A DNA stretch of 64,000 nucleotides from Hydrolagus colliei (Eukaryota). Positions 22,140 through 34,761 of this stretch are shown in pieces. A model generated the notes under the pieces. That model saw only the letters and a program-made list of their open reading frames with translations, made no database searches and was not told the DNA's origin. Within the stretch, counting starts at the first letter, position 1; each line of letters starts with the position of its first letter. The position numbers and the translations under genes were made by a program. The stretch lies in assembly GCA_035084275.1 (NCBI GenBank), contig CM068768.1, positions 4,650,001 through 4,714,000 on the forward strand, in the 5' to 3' direction.

Positions 22140-23255
22140 TACAACAACAATAAAATTACATTTTGTATAGAGCCTTTTACGTCGGGAGGACATCCCAAGG
22201 CGCTGGTCAGTCAGTTTTTCAACTGTGTGGAGGGAGCGAGCAGGTTGGTACAGGGTGAGGGGGTCGCAGAGGTATGGTGGAGCAAGGCCATGGAGGGCTT
22301 TAAAGATGAGGAGCAGGATTTTGAATTGAATCCTCTGAATTGAATAATGGGGAGCCGAGAGAGATGGGTGAGAAGGGATCGCAGAGCGTAGTGCAGCAGA
22401 GGACACGGGCTGCAGTGTTCTAGATGATCTGCCGGCTATGGAGGAAGGAGTTGGGAAGGCTGTCAAGCAGGGTGTTGGTACAGTCGAGGCTGAAAAGGAT
22501 TGAGACATGAATGAGGGATTCAGCGGCTTGAGGGATTAGGGTTAGGGTAGTGGCAGAGTCGGTGTTGCAGGAGTAATGTTGCAGAGGTGAACGAAGACAG
22601 AATGGGTCATGGTTTAGATGCGGATCAAACAAGACGCCTAGGTTCCTGACTGGCTTGCTGAGGTGGAGTGTAATCATGAAGGTTGATGCTACCAGTGCCT
22701 GAGGTGCGGAGGTGCTTGAGTGAGCCAATACGGAGGGCCTCGGTCTTGTTGACATTCAACTGTAAAAAGTTTGCTCTCATCCAGGACTTGATGTCTGACA
22801 GGCAAGGGTGGAGGCAGAAAGATAAGAGTTGGGTGCCATCCGTATACAGATGGAAGTTGACCCCACATCTGCAGATGATGTCACCATTGAAGAGCATACA
22901 GATATTGAAACGTAAATGGCCAAGGACAGAGCCACAGGTGACAATGAAGGGGCTGGAGGAGAAGCCATTGGTGGTGACAAAGTGGAGACGGCAGCGATAA
23001 AAGTCGAACCAAGCAAAGTCAGGTCTGCGTAGATTGAGCAGGGAGCAGAGGAGGATGGAGTGGCCGACAATGTTGAAGGCGGCAGAGAGGTCAAGGAGGA
23101 CAAGGAGACAGACAGAGCCCTGATCGCAGATGTGCTAAAATGTCGTTAAGAGATTTCTCCGTGCTGTGGGCAGCATGGAAACAGGATTGGAGGGGTTCAA
23201 AGAGGGAATGGTGAGAAAAAAAGGAGCGAAGCTAGGATGCAACAACTCATTCCAG
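22140..23255 (-). mobile_element. L2 LINE RT and C-terminal fragment
   Basis: FHLYTDGTQL (degenerate YADD), LSDIKSWMRANFLQLN, RNLGVLFD, IQFKILLLIFKALHGLAPPYL. Confidence 0.92.
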
Positions 23256-23695
23256 GGAGCCATTTTGCACACAGTATCCCCACAAATGAACTTCAAGGTG
23301 AATGACCAATTTTAACTCGAGGTTCATTTGTCACGGTACCTGCTTAACGCTCGCCGCCTGCTCAGGCATCCAAGAGCTCAGTTTAATACCTAAAGCAAAC
23401 GATGGCAACTCTGGAGTTCCAAGCCCCGATGTTGGGGGATCGAACCCACAACATTCTGCTGACCTTCAGAGGCAACTGCACCAAGCTGACATACAAGTAA
23501 GAACCATTGAAGGGAGGAAAATGCAATAGAAAACATTAGAGACCTTTTCAGATCAACTTGTAACAGAATCAACCAATCTACAAGAGCACTCCGCCAAAAC
23601 TCAGTGAAAACCACGGATTCCCCAGAAAATCACCCATGTTGATACAAAACAAGTTAATCACCCATTTCAACGCGTGCATTATTACAAAAAAGGTT

Positions 23696-23701
23696 TTTAT
23701 T
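23696..23701 (-). terminator. Candidate distal PIP4K2B polyadenylation signal
   Basis: TTTATT on + (AATAAA on -) at the end of a long TE-poor stretch below the stop codon. Confidence 0.5.
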
Positions 23702-24229
23702 TTGCAAGCTTCTGCATTGTTGTGCAGTGAGTTTAAGACACTGCGTTGCCATGAATCCCAACACACAATTACAAATCATTACAATTGAATCTTCATAAAT
23801 CCATGATTAGTTTGTTGAGAAATCTTATCCTTGGCTGGAAGTTTCCATTATAAAAAGTCATTCTGTAACAGTTTAGACCTCAGTCCATTTAAACATTTAA
23901 ATCAGCCTTTTTGCACCAGAATGCAAATGACAATATCGAGGGATATTTTCGGGGGAGGGGACGGATGGACGGACAAAGGTGAGGGGGTGCACACACAATA
24001 TAGGACCATAACCAATAGAAAGTATCAAGTTTCCATCCTCTGTACTTTTCAAATCATGACAGTGTAAGAGACTTGGGAGAATATTCTCTCTTTCAGTCTT
24101 GGGCTGGGTTTCTGGGAATTTTAAAACCCGAATCAAGTCGGAGAAAGACAAGAAAAATATTCCAAGCATTCGTGAGGCAGAGACAGTCTCCTCTCCCACT
24201 CCCCTCCCCACCATAACAAAAACCCTAGC

Positions 24230-24490
24230 CGAAATGGGATATTGGCAAATCAAGGTGGCTGGAGTCTTAACTTTGCCTTCAGCCACTCTGCCCTCTGGAA
24301 CTCCTTGCCTCTATCCCTGCAACTCAACCTTTCTTTATCCATCTTCAAATGCCATCTGAAAACCCACCTCCTCGACCACCCCTTTTGGTCACATTCCCCC
24401 TTTCTCCCTTGCTTTGGCGTCCAACCCTGCCGCTGGTTGAGCGTTCCCGAGATGAAGGGTGATGTGTAAATTAATTGCAAGTTGTTATTG
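24230..24490 (+). mobile_element. L2 3' end inside the putative PIP4K2B 3' UTR
   Basis: AFSHSALWNSLP...FKCHLKTHL translation and tail. Confidence 0.75.
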
Positions 24491-27354
24491 CAAAGCTCCA
24501 GCCATGTAGAAGTAGGTAAAGCAGGTAAATTTTAAATCGGTGGGAAGGTGTGGTCAAAAATGTTGCTTTGTTCACATAGGGCACCTGGTGCCGTGGTGTG
24601 TGTCTAGTGGTAACAACACATCTTACGTGAAACCTAACACCTAATTCATAGCAAAAAGTGATCTTTTATAATGGAGAGATAAAACATGGGCCGGACTGAA
24701 CTTGGGACGAACCCTGATTCACAAGCTTGGAAAAACATTGCACTCACGGGTGGGAAAATCACCCCCCCGTTTTTACAGTTCTGCCTAGGAATCTGTAGAA
24801 TGGAACTGCATCGAGATTTCATCCTAAGATCAGAGACATTCCTGCCCACAAGCATCCAAATGCAGACAGACATTTTAAGGTTCCTTTTTTATATCCCTTT
24901 TACATCTCAAGTCAATGAAAAGTGTACTAGAATCTATTGTACACACACACATATATACACACACAAACACACACAGTGAGTGTGTGCACACGTGTGTGTG
25001 TATTTACACACATACATACACAGTGCAATGAATTGTACATTTTCTGGAGAAGAAAAAAAAGGATGTCGGAGAATGTGCGCGCAACATTATTCAGCACTTC
25101 TTTCATTGTAACTCAATTGTTTTCACTTGTAAACCGACTGTTGTAACAGGATGGTTGTCGTCTTTTAGTAAAGGTAACGAGATATATATATATATACAGA
25201 ATATATATATTTAAAAAATCATAGAAAATAACAGGGGGGGTGGTAGTGGGGGGTGAATCATTAATGTGCACATAATCCCTTTAAACTGGTTTTGGATACC
25301 AATATCCATTGGGTGGATGTATTGATACATAGAGTTAATCAATAAACCGAACGCATCAAACCAACTAGGCACCATACACAGGATTCTCCCAACCTTCCCC
25401 ACCGAACCCCCACTCACCCATCCCCACCACACCCCAAAAATGTTGCTACACAATAGTTAACACATACATGAAATTCTGTTACTTAAAGGGTTAAAGTGCC
25501 AATGAATTGCTTTTCTGCAAGTTATATGAGTTACTCACTTCAAATCTACTGATTGCTGCCAACGCATTCCCGGTACAGACTTTTTTTCTTTTGTTTTAAT
25601 CTAAACACACCCAGAATTCACTGATTTATTTTAAAAATACTAAAGTGGTTCACTGTCAGCGGACTGTAACATATTTGTGGGTTACAAAACAATCACAAAA
25701 TGGCCATTATGAAGCCGCAGCCTTGCCAGTATAGGCGGGGGGGTGGGGGGGGGGGGGGGGGAGATGAGTCCAAACCGGTCATCGTAACAGAATGTCCATC
25801 ACCTTTCGCTAAAGATAACATTCTTCTTTCATAACATTTTCTTTCTCCCAGTTCAACTTGATTTCATTTCCCTCCCTCCCTCTCTCTCCCAGCTCAGCCA
25901 ACAGTGTTAATTAAACGCTTTGAGACATCCTCCCAGCGTGAAGGCTGTGTATAAATGTAAATTGTATTGACACGGGAGTGCGGCAGCAAAACATCATTAT
26001 CTAAAAACATTCAAATAGCTAATGCATTCCCTCATCTGAGTATCTCTCTCTCTCTCTCCAAAATAAAAGTCACTATTCTTCTCTCGATTGACCTAACAAG
26101 ATTCAATGACACCGTGTCCAAAGAGATTAGCTTTAGAGCACAATAGCAAGCCAAAATGCCGAGAATCCCACACATCACATAAACGGCCTTCCCTCTCCCC
26201 ACCCCCCTCGTCATCAAGCCGTACATATATATATATTTTTTAAAAAGTAAACTTATCATAAGAGCAGGATTCCGCTTATTCAAAACTGGCCGGTTTATCA
26301 AACCCACATTCCAGTGGACGCCAATAGAACGGCATAAGAAATACTGTTAATGCCAGCGGTTTGAGCAGGCGGTTTCCCACTGTAAATGCTCTTTGTTTTA
26401 AAGTAAACATTTTCCCCCATATATAATAGCTTTTTTATATCTATCTACCTACCTATCTATATTTAATTTGCCTTGCTCGGGTGGTTGGTTGAGAAAGTTG
26501 GTGGTTTACTCTGCCCCCACACCCCCACTGTCTCCCTTGCGTGATGGGACAATATGGCAACTTGAAACACTTGAGAAACCAGCGAGGCGATGCCAAGGTT
26601 GGGGCGAGTGCAGCTTTTGCCAACATACACACACACATACACACACGTGTACATGTACGCAAGCACACACATCCACGCAAGGACAGACATGCACACACAC
26701 ATGCACATACACACAATTTGCTGTTAGGCTAATACACCTGTGAAACAAAGAGAGATAGATGATGGCTTCCAACCATCAAAGTTCTTATCGTCCCATGTAC
26801 TGAGTGTGAGACATCACTCCACCCTCCCCCCCCCCCACCCCCCACCCCCCACCTTCCCCTGTTAGTAACCTCTTGCCGAGCGCCTTGCTGGGGTGAGATC
26901 AAGTGCTGTGTGAAGCTAATTCCGCGGGGAAAGACAAGCTCTGGAAAAAGCGTGACCGTGAATCTTCAAAAGTGGTACAAAACCATAAATTGAGGCAGAG
27001 CAGATTTGACGCAAGTCTTTTTTTTGTGTGTTTGTTTTTCCCCTTCTCTCCTTTTTCTTGGGTTTCGTTGCCGACGATGCAATTTTGAGATCGATCTCTG
27101 CAGGTCTGAATACTGCGGCCACAGTGGACACACAGCGTTTTGGCTTAAATTCCCACGTTCCTGCATCCGCAACTCATCGGTAGTCCCTCATGTGGGCGAG
27201 TGAGTGTGTGCGTGCAGTGTGAATGCGTGAGTGTGTATGAATGCGTGAATGGTGAGTGCGTGTATATTGAAGGTGTATGTAATGAGTTGTAGTGAGGGTT
27301 TATGTAGTGAGTGAATGTGCGTGGGTGGGTAGGTGGGTGGCTGCTGCACGGGCA

Positions 27355-27435
27355 CTATGTTATGATATTTGTCAGAAATTCTAAAAAACGCTTTGAGTAC
27401 TGTTCAGGATTGACAGTGGAGATCTCAGCACCAGC
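27355..27435 (-). CDS. PIP4K2B: PI5P 4-kinase type-2 beta, coding exon 10 (terminal)
   Basis: cag|[26 protein letters not shown] (TAG at 27357-27355); 81 nt. Confidence 0.97.
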   Translation of the reverse strand, partial: AGAEISTVNPEQYSKRFLEFLTNIIT

Positions 27436-27821
27436 CTGCAAAGCACAAAACAACCAGGGGTTTATTGGGAATTACTCTGCAGTGATTTTATCTGGAGGAT
27501 TGTCAGCCAGGGCACACACTGGGATAAACTCCCTCCTCTTTTTACTGCGGATTATTTAATATATCCTGCAGGGAGGTCACTCCGTATGAAGAGCGTTGTA
27601 CGTACAAGTTGTTGTTGTTGTTCAATATCCTCCTGAACAGGCAATTACCTGCTGGGTAAAGAATCTTACTACTTATGTTCTGAAATTGCCCTTTGATCTC
27701 TCTAACCCGAGCAGTATTTAAACTGGTCAGCATTCTTTTATCAACCATGCTGCACGTTGAATAAATAAACAAGTTCCCTCCCAGTTATTTGGGGAAAAAA
27801 ACCAATGAAATATCCACCCAT

Positions 27822-28142
27822 GAGGAGTCCTGTAGCTCAGTGGTTAGAGCACTCGCCTTACAAGCGAGGGATCTGGGTTCAATTCCAGGCAGGGTGAACC
27901 TTGCGCAAGTTTCCTTACTTCACACAAGTTTCCTTACTCCACATGCCTGATAATAAACCCTAAAAATAAAGTGGTCGTTTCAATGCACAATTGTTTGTGG
28001 GACGCTGCTGTGCGCAATTGGCTGCCGCGTTTCACCCACAAATATATAGTCAATTCATTTTACAGTATATTCTGTGAAGCGCTTTGAAACGTTTAGAAGA
28101 CATGAAAAGCGCTATATCAAACGCAAGGATTATTATTATTAT
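27822..28142 (+). mobile_element. tRNA-derived SINE with an internal 19-bp tandem duplication
   Basis: Head and tail; CAAGTTTCCTTACTYCACA x2 at 27906-27943. Confidence 0.93.
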
Positions 28143-29377
28143 CTGACCTCCTTTTTTTCCCTTGGAACAAAATGTATTTACATATTCAACTTTTCAACCG
28201 GCAAATACCCTGGCATTCCTTTAGTCTAACCAGGAAGCAATGAATCTTGACTTCCACTCCCACATCTCCTAAGTTATGTTTGTTTTAAAAAAAAACTCCA
28301 AGAAACATGTTGATAACAGCCTACTGAAGTTTCTTGCCTTCACTGCAAAACAGCAGAGCATTCATAGGTCACAATGCCATTGCAGATTAGCAATCATATA
28401 ACATTTTCTCGTCCCCTCAAGGATCTTTGAGTCCAGCTTGTTTCTTTGCTCAGACCCTGTTTGAGCACAATTAGAACTGAGCAGAGTTCAAACAAGGAAG
28501 ATTGTGAAATGTTTCATACAGTCTCTCTGCACCCCCCAGCCCCCCATCACCCCCACACCCCATCCTTTAGAACTCCATCCCACATTCCCCTTGTCTGACT
28601 TACTCTCCTGTTACCCTCAAGGCCTATCTCAAAACTCTCCACTTCTACTGCACCTCGGGTCACTTTCCTACCCCTGCCCTCCACCCACGCTTTAAAATCT
28701 AGCTGCCTGGGCTGATGCTTCAGGGTAACAACAACAACTTGCATTTATATAGAGCCTTTGGGATGAGGCAGTGCCTCATGGTGCTTAACAGTGACTCTCA
28801 GCTCAGCCTGACTCTGAGCTGAGGGTAGAGAGGAAGTGATCATTAGTGTGCTCGAATAGGATTGCTGGAGGATTGATTACTTGTTGTCAGAGGAGTGGTC
28901 AGACAGATGACATGTTAAACCATGTCAGATCTGTGCTTGTTAGACACGAAAGATCAGTGGCATTATTGGAAAGGATCTTCTCCAGGTGACCTGGCTGACA
29001 ATCGCCCAGTTTAAAACCGATCTCACGGCTGTTTATGTTTGTGGGATGTCACTGTTTGCTCAAACTCTAAGCTGTATTCGCCTAAATCCTGTGAAACACT
29101 TTGAGAAGTTTCAATGATGTGATCAGGAAAGGCGTGACATCAAATGGAAGTAGAATTATTTTCAGGAAATAATTATCCGATTCCATTTGAAAGCCATTTG
29201 CGAAGCTCACACAAACACTGCATTTTAAGGTAACTCTCTGACTACAATAGATTGTCCAAATTATTTGCTGGTGCCATCGAAAGCCTTTCTCTCTTTCTCT
29301 CTCTCCAACCCCCAGAGAGGACCCTCAGCTCCGGCAGATGAAGTCGCTATCAGCAGTTCTATGCCTCGTGTACTCAC

Positions 29378-29481
29378 CCCGTGTTTGACAGTCTTGGCTG
29401 CGTGCGCAGCTTTTTTCTTTGCATCGTAGTGAGTTAGAATGTCGATTATTGCCATGAAGTAAACTTCCTTCTTTGGAGCAT
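29378..29481 (-). CDS. PIP4K2B: PIP4K2B coding exon 9
   Basis: [34 protein letters not shown]|gtgagt; 104 nt. Confidence 0.97.
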
Positions 29482-29689
29482 CTGTTAAATTCGGCAGTGT
29501 TACTGACAGGAGTAAAACAAGAGTTTAGATTAGTGAACGGACACAGCAGAGCAAGAGTTTGTCTCTTTTGTTACACCAACAACATGCATTTTATATAGGC
29601 AGGCTTTCATAGCTATACAACAATCCGAGCATTTGATACAGCGCCTTTCAGGTTGACAGGATGTCTCAAAGCGCTTCTCGGGATATATA

Positions 29690-29937
29690 AGGTTCAATTC
29701 CAGGCAGGGGGAACCTTTGGGCAAGTTTCCTTACGTGACATGCCTAATAATGCAGTAATCCCTAAAAAAAAATTGGTTACTCAATTCACGACTGTTTGTG
29801 GGACACTGTTGTGCACAATTGGCTGCTGCATTTTGCCCACAAAAGTCAATTCACTTTACAAGGTATTCTGTGAAGCGCTTGGAGACATCGAGAAGATGTG
29901 AAAAGTGCTATATCAAATGTAAAGATTATTATTATTA
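29690..29937 (+). mobile_element. SINE, 5'-truncated, abutting an inverted SINE tail (~29625-29685)
   Basis: Runs from B-box to tail. Confidence 0.85.
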
Positions 29938-30684
29938 CAATATACTGGAAACTGTATCGACTGAGTATTTTGGAGGTGAGTGAGGCGGCCAATTTTTGCA
30001 CAGCAACATACCACAAACAACTAAGTTGTTTTGTGGAGAGGAGAGAGGAGCAATAAATACATTACACAATGTTTCAAGCACATTGTCTGGCAAACCAGAA
30101 TTTTAAATGATTTATAGCCATTGAAATCCCAATGACCTAATCACCAATGTTCTGAATTGTCTAGAAGAGAAAACCAGACAAGGTAGGCATGTAAAATATC
30201 AAAACACACCTGGATTGCACCTCACTCATTGTGAGGCTCTCAGTTTTAATACTCCAGGTAACACCTTGACTAATTATAAGGTGGTTTTCTGGCACTGTTT
30301 TACACGTTACATCTCATTAGAAACCTTTCACAACATTAACTCCCTTACAACCTAATGTAATGTTCCCAATTAAATATACGCTATTACGTTCATTAAAGAG
30401 CTATCAGCTTTTACATCCCCTATCAGGCAGTTAAATAAAGCTCAACCCAGACACCGCAACATAACGTTTGGGTTGGATACATCACTTATGCATTAAAAGA
30501 GCTAAAGCACTTCACGGGAAATTGCTGTTAAGTATTGTGTCTGCGTATCTCCCCCGATGTGAAAGGCACTGTGTAAACGTAATGTCCCACAAACTGTCCT
30601 GCAATGAATGACCAATTTATCTGGGAGATTGTTGACCAGGACACAGGGAGAAACTCAGTTCCAATAGTACTACAGAGACAAGTC

Positions 30685-31045
30685 TGGCTCAGCTGGAAGC
30701 ATTCTCGCCTCTGAGTCAGAAGGTTATGGGATCAAGACCCACTTGGGATTTTGGACTTGTATCGACCAGACTGACACTCCGATTCAGTGCTGAAGGGGCA
30801 TGTGACATTGTTGGGAGGTGCCGCCCTTCAGATGAGACTTTAAATTGAGGTCCCATCTGCCTGTGCAGGTGGATATTAAAGATCCCATGACAAAGATAAG
30901 GGAATTTCTCTCTCCCGGTGGCCTGGCCAGCAATCCCCCCCAATAACTTTGGAGACTGTTTGTGGGACGTCGCTGTGCTCAAATTGGCTGCTGCATTTGA
31001 CAACATATTCAGTCAATCCACTTCACAGTAAATCTTGTGAAGCGT
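30685..31045 (+). mobile_element. Older DeuSINE (SacSINE1-like)
   Basis: CTCGCCTCTGAGTCAGAAGGTT head; GGAGGTGCCGCCCTTCAGATGAGAC...CAGGTGGATATTAAAGATCCCATG Deu-like core; CAAATTGGCTGCTGCATTT. Confidence 0.75.
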
Positions 31046-31694
31046 GAGTCTGAGGTTGTGTGTGTAGGTAAGATATATTGTATGTGTATGTACATTGTGT
31101 GTGTTTGTGTGTGTGTGCACAAGTGCAGTCAAACAAAAATAATATTTTTTTTTAGAAACAAATCTTTCAATAACTGGATACACCCAGCGTTTCATATCAC
31201 ACGGCTAAAGGCAATGATCCCAGTCAGGACTCTACCCTGTGTGAAGGGCACTATGTAAATGTTAATAATAATCCTTGCATTTTGATATAGTGCTTTTCAC
31301 GTCTTCTAGACGTCTCAAAGTGCTTCACAGAATATACTGTAAAGTTAATTGACTGTATATTTGTGGGCGAATGTTGTTGTTGAAGTTGTTGTTCTAGTTT
31401 TTTTATGGATCTGCTTTTAAAAAAATGATTAAAACATTTTTAACATTCTGTTCTGTATAGTTTGCCAATTTTATTGGATTAACAGAAACTTGCACATTCG
31501 GTCCTAGTATCTGAAAGCTGGAATTAAGTATTAACACGTGAGGGATCAAGTTACACTTAAACAAAATTTTCACTGGATAGAGTAAACTCTCGAATTGGAG
31601 CTATTCCACATTGCTCATTGACGGTTCTGTTGTAACCAACATCAAACAACCTGGTCTTGTGTCACCATCGAGATCCCACAGTGGCTGCCATTGT

Positions 31695-32018
31695 TATAAT
31701 TATAATAATCCTTGGATTTAATATAGCGTCTTATCACGTCGTTGAGACGTCTCAAAGCACTTCACACAACACAGTAAAGCTAATTGACTGTGCGTTTGTG
31801 GGGGAAACGCGGCAGCCAATTGCGGACAGGAGTGATCCACAAACAGTAAAGGATTGAGTGACCTCATTTTTTTGGAGGGATTATTACGCCCAGAAAACAA
31901 TCCTTCAATCAACTACCAACCAGGCTCCTGCTTACTGCTAGGTAAACAGATCCATTTGGAGTAAGGAAATTTGCTTGTGAGGAGAGGGCGCTAACCACTA
32001 TGCTATGAGACTCCACAC
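31695..32018 (-). mobile_element. tRNA-derived SINE (long variant)
   Basis: Contains CTTACTGCTAGGTAAACAG, the reverse of the long-variant insert. Confidence 0.8.
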
Positions 32019-32199
32019 TAGCGTGGAAAATAAGACAATGAATTGCGCATTCCATTGGTCCTGATGGTGTAACTAATTTTCTTTGCCACATACAACAAAT
32101 GTGTAAAATAATTTAAAGTGAGCAACTCACGCACTCAAACCACATTCTTAATTAAAGCCACCTTTTGTAATTTAAAATATCCACGGTCTAATAGCTAAA

Positions 32200-32580
32200 G
32201 TTTCCCTCTCGCCTTCAAGTCAGAAGCTTGTGGATTCATGCCCCACATTGGAATTAAACTCATATAGTCTAGGCTGATATTGGGAGCGTACTGCAGATGC
32301 CATCCTTCGGATATTACGTTACACCAAAGCCCTGACTGACTGTTCAGGTGGATGTTGAAGATCCCACGGCTCATTCAAAAACAGAAGGAAGTTTCTCTTT
32401 CCTGACGAATAATCCCTCAAATAAAATTGGTCACTCACTCCACAGTGGTTTGTGGGACCTTGCTCTTGTGCAACTGACTGCTGGGTTCGTCCACAAATAC
32501 AGTCACTACATTTTGCAGAATTGATCGGGAAGCACTTTGAGACCCTTAAATGCTGTATCAAATGAAGCGGGATTATTAAT
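32200..32580 (+). mobile_element. Older DeuSINE (SacSINE1-like)
   Basis: CTCGCCTTCAAGTCAGAAG head; CAGGTGGATGTTGAAGATCCCA core. Confidence 0.7.
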
Positions 32581-32916
32581 ATTCAAATGGAACCCATGTA
32601 CCTCTCAGTCTAAATTACATACGCATAAACAACATGAATAGAAAGAAACATCTTTAAACAAAGTATCTTAAACACTGTAGGGAATAATCCGACCAAAAAA
32701 AACTCACAATAATAAAAATTGGTCATTTCAATCCACGACTGTTTGTGGGACACTGCTGTGCGCAATTGACTGCCACATTTGGCCCACAAATATATAATCA
32801 ATTCACTTTACAGTATATTCTGTGAAGCGCTTTGAGATGTCGATAGGATGTGAAAAGCGCTATATCAAATGCAAGGATTATTATTAGTAGTAGTAGTATT
32901 AAAAGACAATCCTTAC

Positions 32917-33172
32917 AGTCGTAACTTTTTATGGCGTACACATCAACTGTTGGATCAAACTCTCCCGGTCCGAAGATTCGAGGGAAATTCAGCATGTTCC
33001 CGGGGCTGTCTGGGGGAGTTCCGTACGAGCCAACCAGGGCTCCCATCCCATCATTCTCAGACTCCTCGTCGTCACCCTTCTCCTCCACCTCCATCTCTTC
33101 CTGTTCGGCCCGGTCCACGTCGTGAATTCCAACTAACAGGCTGTAATCCATGGTCTTCATCTGTGCCAAAAA
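32917..33172 (-). CDS. PIP4K2B: PIP4K2B coding exon 8
   Basis: cag|FLAQMKTMDYSLLVGIHDVDRAEQEEMEVEE...YGTPPDSPG...AIKSYD T|gtaagg; 256 nt. Confidence 0.97.
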
Positions 33173-33389
33173 CTGGAAAACATTCAAACCATTTGAGTCC
33201 ACAACATTCCGTTTGTATGGCCTGCGGTCCTGCGCAGGGGGGACCCTGAGCACTTGACGGTGGCTGAGCATGACTTGTAGCCGGTGACCGTAGACACAAT
33301 TGAATAGGCAACAGGTCGATCCCCAGTCGTTACTTCCTCCCCACACCCCCCTCCCCCACATCAGGAACCGAAACCCTGGTCCATTGCCT

Positions 33390-33942
33390 CTCTGCTGCAC
33401 TACTCCAACGCCCTCATCGTTGCTCTCCCCTCCTCCACCATCAGCATAGTTCAGCTCATCTAAAACTCTGCCGCCCGCATTCTCACCTGCACCAAACTCC
33501 GTACCCCGATTAAGCCAGTCTTTGCCAAACTGCACTGACTCCATCACTCAGCGGATCGACTTCAAGATTCTCACTTGTGTTTAAATCCCTCTACTCCTCT
33601 GCACTGCCCCCAACCTCTCCAACATCCTCTCTCCTCGCAGCAGTATCCGCTACCTCCGCTCTACTGGATCAGGCTTCTTTCTTGTCCCCCGAATCCTCCA
33701 CTCCACCATCAGCGGTGTGCTTTCACCCACTACACCCCCAAATTGTAGAACTCCCTCCCTCAACCGCTTTGCCTCATTGTCTACTTTCCCACCATCAGGT
33801 AACGCCTGAAGACCTTTCTCTTCGACCACGCTTACGGTTACTTTCCCCCTCCCCCGGCTTGGCTTCGGGCTCTGCCATTTTGAAGCGCTCTGAGACGCTG
33901 CCTGGCGTGAAGGGGGACTACATAAACACAAGTTGTTGTTGG
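33390..33942 (+). mobile_element. L2 LINE 3' portion, followed by an inverted L2 3' UTR piece (~33945-34120)
   Basis: CAGCTCATCTAAAACTCTGCCGCCCGC...GACTTCAAGATTCTC and a (TTG)n tail. Confidence 0.85.
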
Positions 33943-34647
33943 AAGTATCTTCAGGCACGACCTGAAAATGGGGAAGGGAGGGGCAAGGCGGAGGGATAGA
34001 GGAAGAGTGTTCCAGAGTTTTGGGGCGTAGTAGCTGAAAGGGTGGCCATGGGGGACATGCAGAAGGCCAGAGGCCAGTCGAGCGGAGGCAGTGGGTTGTG
34101 GGGTAAGCAGGTTGGAGAACTAGGATATTTATCAGGGGGTAAAGTCACCCCAACCCCATAAATAATAATCCCCCATTTGAGGCAGAGACTTGTCATGTCT
34201 TCGAGATGTCTCAAAGCGCTTCACAAGATTCACGGTCAGGTGTTGTGACTGTGTTTTGTGGGCTAAAGGTTAAGTGGAAACCACACTCTGTGTCAGAACA
34301 AAACACACCCAAGCAGCTGCTATTCAAAAAGAGAAGGGAGTTTCTCTCTCCTGGAGTCCTAGCTGACAATTCACCAAATAAAATCAGTCATTCACTTCAC
34401 AGCTTTATAATGTTCTATTATATGTTCTCTTATTAAAAAGCCATGAAGTGAATGACATAAATTGGCTGCAGTGTTCACCTATTATCACTACTACACTTGA
34501 TAGTAAATCCCGCAAAGAGCTTTGAGATAATCTCCTGACATGGAATGTCAAATGTAAAATTAAGAATGTTTATTAAAGGTCAATTTTTTTTAAATTCAGC
34601 TTCTCTACCCAGCGAAAGAACCGCGTACAATAAAACAAGTACTGTAC

Positions 34648-34761
34648 CTCTACATCTCGCTTGAGTTTGTCCAGAAACATCTTCTTATTTTCATCCCCTA
34701 TTTGAATCCTCTGGCCTTCATTCAAAAAGTCATTGTCCTTGAGTGTCGGTAGCTCTTTAGC
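34648..34761 (-). CDS. PIP4K2B: PIP4K2B coding exon 7
   Basis: cag|[38 protein letters not shown]|gtacag; 114 nt. Confidence 0.97.

Noticed and set aside
32798-33547. 249-aa ORF, the longest in the track
   Set aside because: Only 32917-33172 is PIP4K2B exon 8; the flanks are read-through into L2 and SINE sequence.
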